Assembly (NCBI GenBank): GCA_963835705.1
Contig: CAWIGR010000005.1
Coordinates: 6,120 to 70,119, forward strand
DNA length: 64,000 nt
Direction: 5' to 3'
From: an uncultured Thermoleophilaceae bacterium
Lineage (GTDB): Bacteria; Actinomycetota; Thermoleophilia; Solirubrobacterales; Thermoleophilaceae
Position numbers and translations under genes: made by a program. The notes under the pieces are model-generated. The model was not told where the DNA came from. It was given only the letters and a program-made list of their open reading frames with translations, and did no database searches. Below, piece by piece: positions 1 to 8,750 of this stretch (position 1 is the first letter of the stretch; every line of letters begins with the position of its first letter).

Positions 1-54
1 GCGACGAGGGCCGACGCACCCTCGAGCTGGTCGTGCGCCTGCGAGGAGGCGACG

Positions 55-393
55 ATGGCGACGATACGTGAGCTCGAGGTGAGCCTGCGGCAACGCGACG
101 GGGCCGCCGTGCTGGCGCTCCGCGGGGACGTGGACGCCTCCGCCGAGGCGACGCTCCAGAGCGCGTACGGAGAGGCCACGGACGGAGACCCGAGTGCCGT
201 GGTGCTCGACTTCGCCGACGTCGAGTACATCAACAGCACCGGGATTGCGCTGATCGTCGGCCTGCTCGCGCAGGCGCGCGCACGAGAGGTGGAGGTAAGG
301 GCCACCGGCCTGTCGGACCACTACCGCGAGATCTTCGAGATCACGCGGCTGGCGGATTTCATGACCATCGAGGAGGAAGAGGACGATGCCTGA
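55..393 (+). CDS. STAS-domain protein (anti-sigma-factor antagonist, SpoIIAA/RsbV-like), copy 1
   Basis: 112-aa ORF with GAGGAGG 5 nt upstream of the ATG. STAS hallmarks DFADVEYINSTGIALIVGL and GLSDHYREIFEITRL. High GC3. Confidence 0.8.
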   Translation: MATIRELEVSLRQRDGAAVLALRGDVDASAEATLQSAYGEATDGDPSAVVLDFADVEYINSTGIALIVGLLAQARAREVEVRATGLSDHYREIFEITRLADFMTIEEEEDDA

Positions 394-742
394 GACAGCC
401 ACGACATTTGAGGTTCGCGAGGTCTCCGAGGGCGCTCGCGTGATCGAGATCAAGGGCGACATCACGGCCGCGAGCGAGGACGTGCTGATGGACGCCTACG
501 GCCGCGCAAGCGGGTCCGGGGTGCGGGCGATCGTGCTCAGCTTCGCCGGGCTCGACTACATGAACAGCGGCGGCATCGGGCTGCTCGTGACGCTGCTGGT
601 GCGCGCCCAGCGCCAGCGCCAGCGGGTCCTGGCCTTCGGCCTGTCGGACCACTACCGCCAGATCTTCGAGCTGACGCGCCTCGACGAGGCCGTCGGGATC
701 CACGACAACGAGGACGAGGCGCTGGCCGAGGTGCGGCGATGA
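386..742 (+). CDS. STAS-domain protein (anti-sigma-factor antagonist-like), copy 2
   Basis: 118-aa ORF that overlaps copy 1 by 8 nt. Paralogous motifs SFAGLDYMNSGGIGLLVTL and GLSDHYRQIFELTRL. Confidence 0.8.
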   Translation: MPETATTFEVREVSEGARVIEIKGDITAASEDVLMDAYGRASGSGVRAIVLSFAGLDYMNSGGIGLLVTLLVRAQRQRQRVLAFGLSDHYRQIFELTRLDEAVGIHDNEDEALAEVRR

Positions 743-1464
743 GAGGCCAGGAGAGCTGGGCGAAGTCGGTGGCGCGGCTCGAGGTCACCGACGTGCCGGA
801 CGGGGCGGTTAACCTGAACGTGGACGGCCGCCGGCTGGCGTCGCCGATCCAGGGCTTCGGCAAGATGTGGCAGAAGACCTACCGGGTGCGGGTGCCGTCC
901 GAGCGGGCCTCCGCCACGCACCTGATCGCCACCTGGAAGGAGAACTTCCGCGAGTTCTGGCCCGAGGGCAATCACTTCTACGGCGCCCTAACGGGCATCG
1001 CGCCGGGCGACGTGGCGCTGCTCAACATGACGATGCCGGGCCGCATGAAGCTCTCGACGGGCGTGATGGTGCTGTACGCCGACGAGGAGTCGTTCACGCT
1101 CATGACCCCGCAGGGCCACATGTTCGCCGGCTGGATCACGTTCAGCGCCTCGGAGGCCGACGACCACACCGTGGCCCAGGCCCAGGTGCTGATGCGCGCG
1201 AGCGACCCGATCTTCGAGATGGGGCTCACAATGGGGGGCCACAAGCAGGAGGACCGCTTCTGGCAGCACACCCTGACGGCGCTGGCGGCCCACTTTGGCC
1301 ACCAGGGCGAGGTGGACACGCGGGTGGTGTGCGTCGACAGGAAGCGCCAATGGTCGAAGTGGAGCAATGTGTGGCACAGTGCGGCGATCCGCTCGACGCT
1401 GTACACGATGGGCGCGCCCGGGCGCGGGGTGAAGCGCCTCTTCAAGCGCGACGCGGTTGCCTGA
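739..1464 (+). CDS. hypothetical protein (family not recognised)
   Basis: 241-aa ORF with an ATGA overlap onto the STAS-2 stop. High GC3 and non-repetitive globular composition (GFGKMWQKTYRVRV, TPQGHMFAGWITF). Appears co-transcribed with its neighbours. Confidence 0.6.
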   Translation: MRGQESWAKSVARLEVTDVPDGAVNLNVDGRRLASPIQGFGKMWQKTYRVRVPSERASATHLIATWKENFREFWPEGNHFYGALTGIAPGDVALLNMTMPGRMKLSTGVMVLYADEESFTLMTPQGHMFAGWITFSASEADDHTVAQAQVLMRASDPIFEMGLTMGGHKQEDRFWQHTLTALAAHFGHQGEVDTRVVCVDRKRQWSKWSNVWHSAAIRSTLYTMGAPGRGVKRLFKRDAVA

Positions 1465-2884
1465 GGCCGGTCGCAGCGTCGTCGTAGGCGCCGGGCCGAA
1501 CGGTCTGGCAGCGGCGATCGTCCTCGCCCGGGCCGGCCGGCGGGTGTCGGTGCTGGAGCGCAACGACACCGTCGGCGGCGGCTGCCGCTCGGCCGAGCTG
1601 ACGCTGCCGGGCTTCGTTCACGACACCTGCTCGACCGTGCACGCGCTGGCGCTCGCGTCGCCCTTCCTGCGCGAGCTGCCGCTCGCGCGGCACGGGTTCG
1701 AGCTGGCGCATCCCGAGGCGCCGCTCGCGCATCCGCTCGACGACGGCACGGCGGTGGTGCTGGAGCGCTCGGTGGAGGAGACGGCGCGCGGGCTCGGACC
1801 CGACGAGCGCGCCTACCGGCGCCTGTTCGGCCCGCTGGTGAGCGATGCCGACAAGCTCTTCCGCGAGCTGCTGGGGCCGTTGCGGCCGCCGCGACACCCG
1901 CTTGCAATGGCGCGTTTCGGGCTGAGCGGGATCCGCTCCGCGCGCGGGCTGGCCCGCTCGCGCTTCGAGGGCGAGCGGGCGCGGGCGCTCTTGGCGGGGT
2001 GCGCCGCACACTCCCTGCTGTCGCTCCGGACGCCCGCCAGCGCCGCCTTCGGCATCGTGCTCGCCCTCACCGCCCACGCCGTCGGCTGGCCCGTCACGCG
2101 CGGCGGCTCGCAGCGCCTCGCGGACGCGCTGGTGGCCGAGCTGCGCGCACTCGGCGGGGAGGTCGAGACGGGGCGTCCGGTCGAGTCGCTCGACGAGCTG
2201 GAGGGCGCCGCGCCCATCCTGGTGGACGTCACCCCGCGCCAGCTGCTTCGGCTCGGCGGCGCACGCCTGCCGGACGGCTACCGGCGCCGGCTGTCGCGGT
2301 ACCGCTACGGCCCGGGAGTCTTCAAGCTGGACTGGGCGCTGGACGGGCCGATCCCGTGGCGCACGCCGGAGGTGGGGCGGGCCGGGACCGTGCACCTGGG
2401 CGGAACGCTCGACGAGATCGTGGCGTCCGAGGACGCCGCCACGCGCGGCGAGCACCACGAGCGGCCCTACGTCCTGCTCGTGCAGCCGAGCCTGTTCGAC
2501 CGCACGCGGGCGCCCGGAGGAAAGCACACCGCATGGGCCTACTGCCACGTGCCGAGTGGCTCGACCCGCGACATGACGGACGCGATCGAGGGCCAGGTGG
2601 AGCGCTTCGCGCCCGGCTTTCGCGACCTCGTGGCGGCACGCTCCGCGATGGACAGCGCCGAGGTAGAGCGGCGCAATCCCAACTACGTGGGCGGCGACAT
2701 CAACGGGGGCGTGCAGGACCTGCGCCAGCTGTTCACGCGCCCGGTGGCGCGGCCGGTGCCGTACTCCACGCCCGTGCCGGGCCTCTTCATCTGCTCCTCG
2801 TCGACGCCTCCCGGAGGCGCCGTGCACGGCATGTGCGGCTACTGGGCCGCCCGGGCGGCGCTCCGGCGCGGCGGCGGGTCGTAG
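1457..2884 (+). CDS. NAD(P)/FAD-dependent oxidoreductase, phytoene-desaturase (CrtI)-like
   Basis: 475-aa ORF. The only available start is TTG 1457, an 8-nt overlap with the upstream gene. N-terminal dinucleotide-binding fold VVVGAGPNGLAAAIVLARAGRRVSVLERNDTVGG. Confidence 0.75.
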   Translation: MPEAGRSVVVGAGPNGLAAAIVLARAGRRVSVLERNDTVGGGCRSAELTLPGFVHDTCSTVHALALASPFLRELPLARHGFELAHPEAPLAHPLDDGTAVVLERSVEETARGLGPDERAYRRLFGPLVSDADKLFRELLGPLRPPRHPLAMARFGLSGIRSARGLARSRFEGERARALLAGCAAHSLLSLRTPASAAFGIVLALTAHAVGWPVTRGGSQRLADALVAELRALGGEVETGRPVESLDELEGAAPILVDVTPRQLLRLGGARLPDGYRRRLSRYRYGPGVFKLDWALDGPIPWRTPEVGRAGTVHLGGTLDEIVASEDAATRGEHHERPYVLLVQPSLFDRTRAPGGKHTAWAYCHVPSGSTRDMTDAIEGQVERFAPGFRDLVAARSAMDSAEVERRNPNYVGGDINGGVQDLRQLFTRPVARPVPYSTPVPGLFICSSSTPPGGAVHGMCGYWAARAALRRGGGS

Positions 2885-2935
2885 ACGGCCGCGAGGCGCC
2901 CCAGGGCAAAAGGGAGTAGGCCTGCCGGCAGCTCG

Positions 2936-3500
2936 GAGCCGGTCAGCCGCGAGGACGCCGCCGAGGCGGTGGGGATCCGCCGGTGGCTCGCCGCCTACAC
3001 CTCGACAAGCTCGCGGAGCAGGCGCTCCTGGCCACCAGCTACGGGCCGCCCGAGGGACGCACAGGGCTCGGCGCCGGGCGGCCCGCCAAGGTCACGTGGC
3101 GACGGGGGAGGTGTCGGTCTCCGTGCCGCCCTGCGACTACGAGCTCGCGGCCGAGCTACCGGCCGAGGTGCGGCCGGCGGGGGCGCGCCTGAGGGCGCCG
3201 CCGCGGGCTGTCTCCGCTCGCGGCGTGGCGGAGGGCAACCAGGGGCCGGTCCTGGCCGGTCGTTTTCTTCGAGTGTCGCGCTTTGTGGCCCATATAGGGC
3301 CCTCATGCGCGACGGTCGACGCCGGCCGGCGGGCCTAGGAGGACGAACCGGGCGTGATCCGGCTCAGGTACTGCCCGTTTCACCGGCTGGCCCAGCAGCA
3401 CCGGGACGTGGTCTGCCGGATGAACCAGGCCTACCTCGAGGGGCTGCTCGAGGGCCTCGGCCGCGAGGCTGACGCGCGATCGCCTACGGGACGATCGTGA
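2936..3500 (+). pseudogene. Degraded winged-HTH (ArsR-like) transcriptional regulator with a C-terminal CPF...VC motif
   Basis: Pieces of one protein are readable in three frames. EPVSREDAAEAVGIRRWLAAY runs to ~2998. HLDKLAEQALLATSYGPPEGRTGLGAGRPAKV runs ~2998-3093. GEVSVSVPPCDYELAAEL follows a frame switch inside the G5 run 3104-3108. An in-frame TAG lies at 3336-3338. The last piece, EDEPGVIRLRYCPFHRLAQQHRDVVCRMNQAYLEGLLEGL, ends at TGA 3498-3500. Confidence 0.55.
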
Positions 3501-5238
3501 TGCGGTCGGTGGCGGGCGGCCCGATCGGGGCGCCCGTGAGCGTGGGCTCGAGGTAGCGGACCAGCGAGTCGATGTCGAAGTCGCTCAGCGACGTCCGGTT
3601 CGTGCCGTTGCGCAGCGACGCAAACGAGTCCCCGCCGTCGGCGAGGAAGTTGTTCGTCGTCACGCGGTAAGTGGCGTTCGGGTCGAGCGCCACGCCGTTG
3701 ATCCGCACGTCGGACACGGGGTTGGCCGCGCCTGCGCACGGCTGGCCGACGATCGAGGCCGCGACGGACTGGTCGTAGGTGTACGTGAGCGTGCTCGAGG
3801 GCAGCAGCACCGTCTGCGGGCCGGCGCACCACTGGTCCTTCAGGACCTCGAGGAGCTGGGCGCCCGTGAACGACTGCGTGGTGACGATGTTGTTGAACGG
3901 CTGGACCGAGAAGGCCTCACCGTAGGTCACCTCACCACCCGAGCCGGGCGGCGAGTCGAACACCAGGTCCGCCCGCACGCCGCCGGGGTTCATCAGCGCG
4001 AGGTCCGCGTCGCCGCGGTCCGCGTCGTCGGTGTCGGCGAGTTGCGCGTCGGCGATCAGGTTGCCGAGCGGACTCCGGCCGAGGCCCGGGACGACCGCCT
4101 CGCGGACGATGCTGGCCGAGATCCGGCCGACGGGCACGCCGGCGATCGGCGCGGCGATCTCCTGATAGAGGGTGAGCAGGCGCGTCAGGTCGGGCGCCTT
4201 GGCGACGGTGCGGGTCACGATGTTGTTGTTGACCGCGACCTGCTCGACGTCCGCGCTGCGGCGGTCGATCTCGAGGTCGATGTCCTTGATGAGGCGACCA
4301 TTCGACAGGGCGCTCGTGACCGGCCGGCCGTCGATCACGCAGTTGTACTCCTGATGCGTGTGGCCGGTGACGAACAGGTCGACGTCTTGGGTCGTGCGGT
4401 TGACGATGTCGACGATCGGTCCGGTGAGGTTGTTGCAGTCGTTGAGCTGCGGCGTGAGCGGGTTCTCCACTCCACCCTCGTGGAGCAGCACCACGATCGC
4501 CTCGACGTCGTGCCTGCGGCGCAGCTCCCGCGCGTAGCGGTTGGCGGTGTCGGCCTCGTCGAGGAACTCGAGGTTCGAGATGCCTGACGGCGCGACGATC
4601 GACGGCGTGCCCTCGAGCGTCATGCCGATGAAGCCGATCTTGACGCCCGCGAACTTGCGGATCTCATATGGCGGGAACAGCGTCCGGCCGCTGTTCCTGC
4701 GCACGACGTTGGCGGACAGGAAGTCGAAGTTCGCGCCGCGGAAGCGCCCGTTGGCGCAGGTGGTCGTCGGCGGTGGCGGGTTCGGATGGCAGCCGCCGCG
4801 CTGCATGCGCACGAGCTCCTGCTCGCCCTCGTCGAACTCGTGGTTGCCGACGCCGTTGATGTCGAGGCCGATCTTGTTCATCGCCTCGATCGTCGGCTCG
4901 TCGTGGAACAGCGCCGAGGTGATCGGCGTGCCGCCGATGAGGTCGCCCGCGGAGACCACGAGGCTGTGCTTGACGCCCCTCTCCAACGCGCGCACGTGGG
5001 TCGCGAGGTACTCGACGCCGCCGGCGTCGACGGTGCCGGTCGGCGTGGTCACGCGGCCGCCGCTCCCGCTCGGCGGCTCCAGCGCGCCGTGGAAGTCGTT
5101 GAGGCCAAGCAGCTGGACCTTGACGTCCTTCTTCTTGTGCCAGTGGTGGTGATGATTGCCCTTGCCCCCGGCAAGGGCGGCGGCGGGAAAGGCCACCAGA
5201 GCGAGCAGGGCAAGCAGGAGCAGTCGGTTCATGCGCAT
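3484..5238 (-). CDS. Secreted bifunctional metallophosphatase / 5'-nucleotidase (UshA-like)
   Basis: Start chosen at MRMNRLLLLALLALVAFPAAALA (signal peptide) with GAGGGT 6 nt upstream. Metallophosphatase motifs GLNDFHG, GDLIGG and GNHEFD, plus a 5'-nucleotidase C-terminal domain. Confidence 0.85.
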   Translation of the reverse strand: MRMNRLLLLALLALVAFPAAALAGGKGNHHHHWHKKKDVKVQLLGLNDFHGALEPPSGSGGRVTTPTGTVDAGGVEYLATHVRALERGVKHSLVVSAGDLIGGTPITSALFHDEPTIEAMNKIGLDINGVGNHEFDEGEQELVRMQRGGCHPNPPPPTTTCANGRFRGANFDFLSANVVRRNSGRTLFPPYEIRKFAGVKIGFIGMTLEGTPSIVAPSGISNLEFLDEADTANRYARELRRRHDVEAIVVLLHEGGVENPLTPQLNDCNNLTGPIVDIVNRTTQDVDLFVTGHTHQEYNCVIDGRPVTSALSNGRLIKDIDLEIDRRSADVEQVAVNNNIVTRTVAKAPDLTRLLTLYQEIAAPIAGVPVGRISASIVREAVVPGLGRSPLGNLIADAQLADTDDADRGDADLALMNPGGVRADLVFDSPPGSGGEVTYGEAFSVQPFNNIVTTQSFTGAQLLEVLKDQWCAGPQTVLLPSSTLTYTYDQSVAASIVGQPCAGAANPVSDVRINGVALDPNATYRVTTNNFLADGGDSFASLRNGTNRTSLSDFDIDSLVRYLEPTLTGAPIGPPATDRITIVP

Positions 5239-5278
5239 AGAGGTACCCTCGCGATGCGGCGCTGACACACGTGACCAA

Positions 5279-5294
5279 ACCGTTGCCCAACGGT
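5279..5294. promoter_or_regulatory. Perfect inverted repeat ACCGTTG-cc-CAACGGT, candidate operator upstream of hsp20-lon
   Basis: 7-2-7 palindrome in the 76-bp divergent intergenic region, 21 nt upstream of the hsp20 GTG. It matches neither the HAIR nor the CIRCE consensus. Confidence 0.3.
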
Positions 5295-5314
5295 GAATCC
5301 GTATCCTCGGGGCC

Positions 5315-5761
5315 GTGGCGTCCTCCCGGGACCTGTTCGCCAACTTCGAGCGCATGCGGCGCGAGATCGACGAGCTCTTCGGCGACGTCTTCGAGCGCCA
5401 GACCGGCCTCAGGGGCCGCGGCTTCTCGCCCTCCGTGGACGTGTTCTACGCCGACGACCCGCCCCGCGCCGTGGTCAAGGCCGACCTCGCCGGGATCGAG
5501 ATCGGGGACGTGGCGCTCGAGATCCGCGGCCGGCAGCTTCTGATTGCCGGGGAGCGCCGCCCGGCCGAGTCCGCCGGGCGCCTGTATCAGCAGATCGAGA
5601 TCGAGCACGGTCCCTTCCGCCGCGTCGTGGAGCTCGGCGCCGAGGTTGTGTCCGGGGAAGCCCACGCCTCCTACGAGGACGGCATCCTCGAGGTCGAGAT
5701 CCCGCTCGCCCGCCCCGACCAAGCGGTCCGCCGGGTGCCGATCGAAGAGCGCGAGGCGTGA
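5315..5761 (+). CDS. Hsp20/alpha-crystallin family small heat-shock protein
   Basis: 148-aa ORF with a GTG start. Alpha-crystallin domain (PSVDVFYADDPPRAVVKADLAGI ... ASYEDGILEVEIP). Confidence 0.9.
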   Translation: MASSRDLFANFERMRREIDELFGDVFERQTGLRGRGFSPSVDVFYADDPPRAVVKADLAGIEIGDVALEIRGRQLLIAGERRPAESAGRLYQQIEIEHGPFRRVVELGAEVVSGEAHASYEDGILEVEIPLARPDQAVRRVPIEEREA

Positions 5762-8244
5762 GCATCCACATCCCGTCCGCGGAAGGCGAGGCCGCCACCG
5801 CGGAGGTCCGCTCGAACCTGCCGGACGCGCTCCCGGTCCTTCCGCTGCGCGAGTCCGTCCCCTTCCCCGAGGCGCTGATGCCGCTCGCCATCGGCCAGGA
5901 GCGCTCGATCAGGATGGTGAACGACGTCCTGGCCGGCAACCGGATGCTGGTGATGGTCGCGTCGCGCGTGGAGGACGACGAGGAGCCCGCTCCGGACGAC
6001 CTCTTCCGGGTCGGCGTGGCCGGCGTGGTGGCGCGCATGCTGAAGGTGCCCGACGGCACGCTCCGCATCCTGGTCCACGGCGCCCAGCGGGTCGTGCTGA
6101 CCGACTTCCCCACCACTGAGCCATACCTCGTCGCGAGCATCGAGGACGCGCCGGACCAGATCGTGCCCTCCCCCGAGCTCGAGGCCCTCCATCGCAACGT
6201 CCAGTCCACCTTCTCGCGCATCATCGAGGAGCTTCCCTACCTGCCGGAGGAGCTCCTGGTCGCGGTCGCGAACCTCGACGACCCGTCCGAGCTGGCGCAC
6301 ATGATCGGCGGCGCCCTGCGGCTCAAGACCGAGGAGAAGCAGGCCCTGCTCGAGGAGCGCGACGTCACGAAGCGGCTGCGCATGCTGTCGGAGCTGCTCG
6401 CCCGCGAGCTCGAGCTGGTCGAGATCGGCACACGGATCCAGTCGCAGGTGCAGTCGGAGATGGACAAGGGCCAGCGCGAGTGGTTCCTGCGCCAGCAGCT
6501 CAAGGCGATCCAGGAGGAGCTGGGCGAGGCCGACGAGACCCAGGCGGAGGCGACCGAGCTGCGCGAGCGGCTCGAGGCCGCGGGCCTGCCCGAGCACGCG
6601 TGGAAGCAGGCCGAGCGCGAGCTCCAGCGCTTCGAGCGGCTGCCCCCGCAGGCGGCCGAGCACGGCGTGATCCGGACCTACCTCGAGTGGCTCGCGGACC
6701 TGCCCTGGTCGAAGGCCACCGACGACAACCTCGACCTGAAGCACGCGCGCGAGATCCTCGACCGCGACCACTACGACATCGAGACGGTCAAGGACCGCAT
6801 CCTCGAGTTCCTGGCGGTGCGCAAGCTGAAGCCGGACGCCCGCTCCTCGATTCTCTGCTTCGTCGGCCCGCCCGGGGTGGGGAAGACGTCGCTGGGGCGC
6901 TCGATCGCCGCCGCGATGGTGCGGCAGTTCGAGCGCATCTCGGTGGGTGGCGTGCGCGACGAGTCCGAGATCCGCGGCCACCGCCGCACCTACATCGGCG
7001 CCCTGCCCGGCACGATCCTGCGCGCGATGCGCGACGCCGGATCGAACAACCCGGTGCTGATGATCGACGAGATCGACAAGATGGGCGCAGACTTCCGCGG
7101 CGACCCGGCCAGCGCCATGCTCGAGGTGCTCGACCCCGAGCAGAACTCGACCTTTCGCGACCACTACCTCGACCTGCAATTCGACCTGTCGAGCGTGTTC
7201 TTCATCTGCACGGCGAACCAGCTCGACACCGTGCCGCCGGCACTGCGCGACCGGATGGAGATCATCGAGCTGTCGGGCTACACGCACGAGGAGAAGCGCG
7301 AGATCGCGAAGCGCTACCTGGTGCCGCGCCAGATGGAGCGGAACGGCGTGGGGCGCTCGAAGATCGAGTTCGCGGACGCCGCGCTCGACGTGATGATCGA
7401 CGGCTACACGCGCGAGGCGGGGGTGCGCGGGCTCGAGCGGGTGATCGGGTCGGTGTGCCGCAAGGTCGCGCGCGAGTTCGCCGAGGGCAGCCGCAAGTCG
7501 AAGCGGGTGGTGCGGGCGAAGACGGTAGGGGAGCTGCTCGGCAAGCCCCGCTTCCAGGCCGACGTGCAGCGCCGCACCGGGGAGCCGGGCGTGGCCACCG
7601 GGCTGGCGTGGACGCCGGTGGGCGGCGACGTCCTGTTCGTGGAGGCCACCGCCTTCCCCGGGGACGGCAAGCTCCAGATCACGGGCCAGCTCGGCGACGT
7701 GATGAGGGAGTCGGCCGCGGCCGCCCTGTCATACGTCAAGGCCGCCGACGGCGGGATCCCGGACGACTACTTCCGCGAGCACGACGTGCACGTGCACGTG
7801 CCCGCGGGGGCGATCCCCAAGGACGGCCCGAGCGCCGGCATCACGATGGCCACGGCGCTGGCGTCGCGCGCCACGGGGCGCCCGGTCCGGGCGGACACGG
7901 CGATGACGGGCGAGATCACGCTCACCGGCCAGGTGCTGCCGATCGGCGGGCTGAAGGAGAAGGCGCTCGCGGCACAGCGCGCCGGGATCAACCGGCTGAT
8001 CATCCCGCGCCGAAACGAGGCTGACATCGACGACATCCCCGAGCATCTGCGCAAGCGGATGAGGTTCGTGCTGGTCGACGACGTGGACGAGGTGCTCGAC
8101 GCCGCGCTCGAGAAAAGGCGTCGGGGCAGCGGCACCGGGTACAGTGTCCGCAGCGAAAAGCGGATCGAGGAGAGCAATGGCAGCGAAGAAAAAGGCCGCA
8201 AAGGCCGGCGCCGGAGCGTACGCCGCGGGCAAGGCGGTCCGTGA
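5758..8244 (+). CDS. lon: ATP-dependent Lon protease
   Basis: GTG 5758 overlaps the hsp20 stop (GTGA). Lon N-domain [13 protein letters not shown], Walker [10 protein letters not shown], protease serine motif [15 protein letters not shown]. The upstream 465 nt of the tracked ORF is an out-of-frame artefact over hsp20. Confidence 0.95.
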   Translation: MSIHIPSAEGEAATAEVRSNLPDALPVLPLRESVPFPEALMPLAIGQERSIRMVNDVLAGNRMLVMVASRVEDDEEPAPDDLFRVGVAGVVARMLKVPDGTLRILVHGAQRVVLTDFPTTEPYLVASIEDAPDQIVPSPELEALHRNVQSTFSRIIEELPYLPEELLVAVANLDDPSELAHMIGGALRLKTEEKQALLEERDVTKRLRMLSELLARELELVEIGTRIQSQVQSEMDKGQREWFLRQQLKAIQEELGEADETQAEATELRERLEAAGLPEHAWKQAERELQRFERLPPQAAEHGVIRTYLEWLADLPWSKATDDNLDLKHAREILDRDHYDIETVKDRILEFLAVRKLKPDARSSILCFVGPPGVGKTSLGRSIAAAMVRQFERISVGGVRDESEIRGHRRTYIGALPGTILRAMRDAGSNNPVLMIDEIDKMGADFRGDPASAMLEVLDPEQNSTFRDHYLDLQFDLSSVFFICTANQLDTVPPALRDRMEIIELSGYTHEEKREIAKRYLVPRQMERNGVGRSKIEFADAALDVMIDGYTREAGVRGLERVIGSVCRKVAREFAEGSRKSKRVVRAKTVGELLGKPRFQADVQRRTGEPGVATGLAWTPVGGDVLFVEATAFPGDGKLQITGQLGDVMRESAAAALSYVKAADGGIPDDYFREHDVHVHVPAGAIPKDGPSAGITMATALASRATGRPVRADTAMTGEITLTGQVLPIGGLKEKALAAQRAGINRLIIPRRNEADIDDIPEHLRKRMRFVLVDDVDEVLDAALEKRRRGSGTGYSVRSEKRIEESNGSEEKGRKGRRRSVRRGQGGP

Positions 8245-8638
8245 GAACGAGTACGTCCAGCGCCTCATGGGGGACGACGAGCTGCGCGAGAACCTGCGCA
8301 ACGCCTACACGTCGGCCAAGAAGGCGTACGGGCGGATCAACGGCAAGGGCCCGGCGAAGGCGCTTGACGACAAGAAGGTCCAGCGCGAGCTGAAGGACGC
8401 CGCGAGCTCGCTCAAGGACGCGGCCGACAAGCTGCGCAACGGCAAGAAGAAGAAGCACCGCTTCGGCCGCCTGCTCCTGGTTGGCGTCGTCGGCGCCGGC
8501 CTGGCGCTCGCGCTGAGCGAGGACCTGCGCAAGAAGGTGCTCGACGCGCTGTTCGGCGCGGAGGAGGAGTTCGAGTACACCGCGAGCACCACCCCGGACG
8601 CGGCCGGGAGCGCCAGCGAGCCGGTGGGCACGAGCTAG
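8177..8638 (+). CDS. Hypothetical Lys/Ala-rich protein with one C-proximal transmembrane helix
   Basis: ATG 8177 lies 5 nt after GAGGAGAG. High GC3 in this frame even where it overlaps the lon tail. TM segment LLLVGVVGAGLALAL. Confidence 0.6.
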   Translation: MAAKKKAAKAGAGAYAAGKAVRENEYVQRLMGDDELRENLRNAYTSAKKAYGRINGKGPAKALDDKKVQRELKDAASSLKDAADKLRNGKKKKHRFGRLLLVGVVGAGLALALSEDLRKKVLDALFGAEEEFEYTASTTPDAAGSASEPVGTS

Positions 8639-8664
8639 CCCCCTCCCACAACACGACTCATCTC

Positions 8665-8690
8665 GAAAGGGCGCCCGCGGGCGCCCTTTC
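8665..8690 (+). terminator. Intrinsic-terminator-like perfect 26-nt palindrome
   Basis: GAAAGGGCGCC-CGCG-GGCGCCCTTTC begins 27 nt after the upstream stop and is followed by GTGTGATTTG. Confidence 0.65.
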
Positions 8691-8750
8691 GTGTGATTTG
8701 CGACGACCCGGGTATCGCCTGCTCAGTTCCCCCGGGAAGGAGAGAGGCAC

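Noticed and set aside
978-2827. 343-aa and 461-aa minus-strand ORFs opposite the unknown gene and the CrtI-like gene.
   Set aside because: They are Arg/Ala-rich with no motifs, and the plus-strand genes have strong GC3 and a Rossmann motif.
5239-5314. Searched the hsp20-lon upstream region for HAIR (HspR) and CIRCE (HrcA) operators.
   Set aside because: Neither consensus is present. Only the unrelated ACCGTTG/CAACGGT dyad was found, and it is reported separately at low confidence.
5293-5757. N-terminal 155 codons of the 983-aa lon ORF, overlapping hsp20 in another frame.
   Set aside because: The segment is Arg/Pro-rich noise. The Lon N-domain starts right after GTG 5758, which overlaps the hsp20 stop.
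8691-8750. CRP-like half-site GTGTGA upstream of cstA, which is CRP-regulated in E. coli.
   Set aside because: The second half-site is missing (ACGAC versus TCACA), which is too weak to call.
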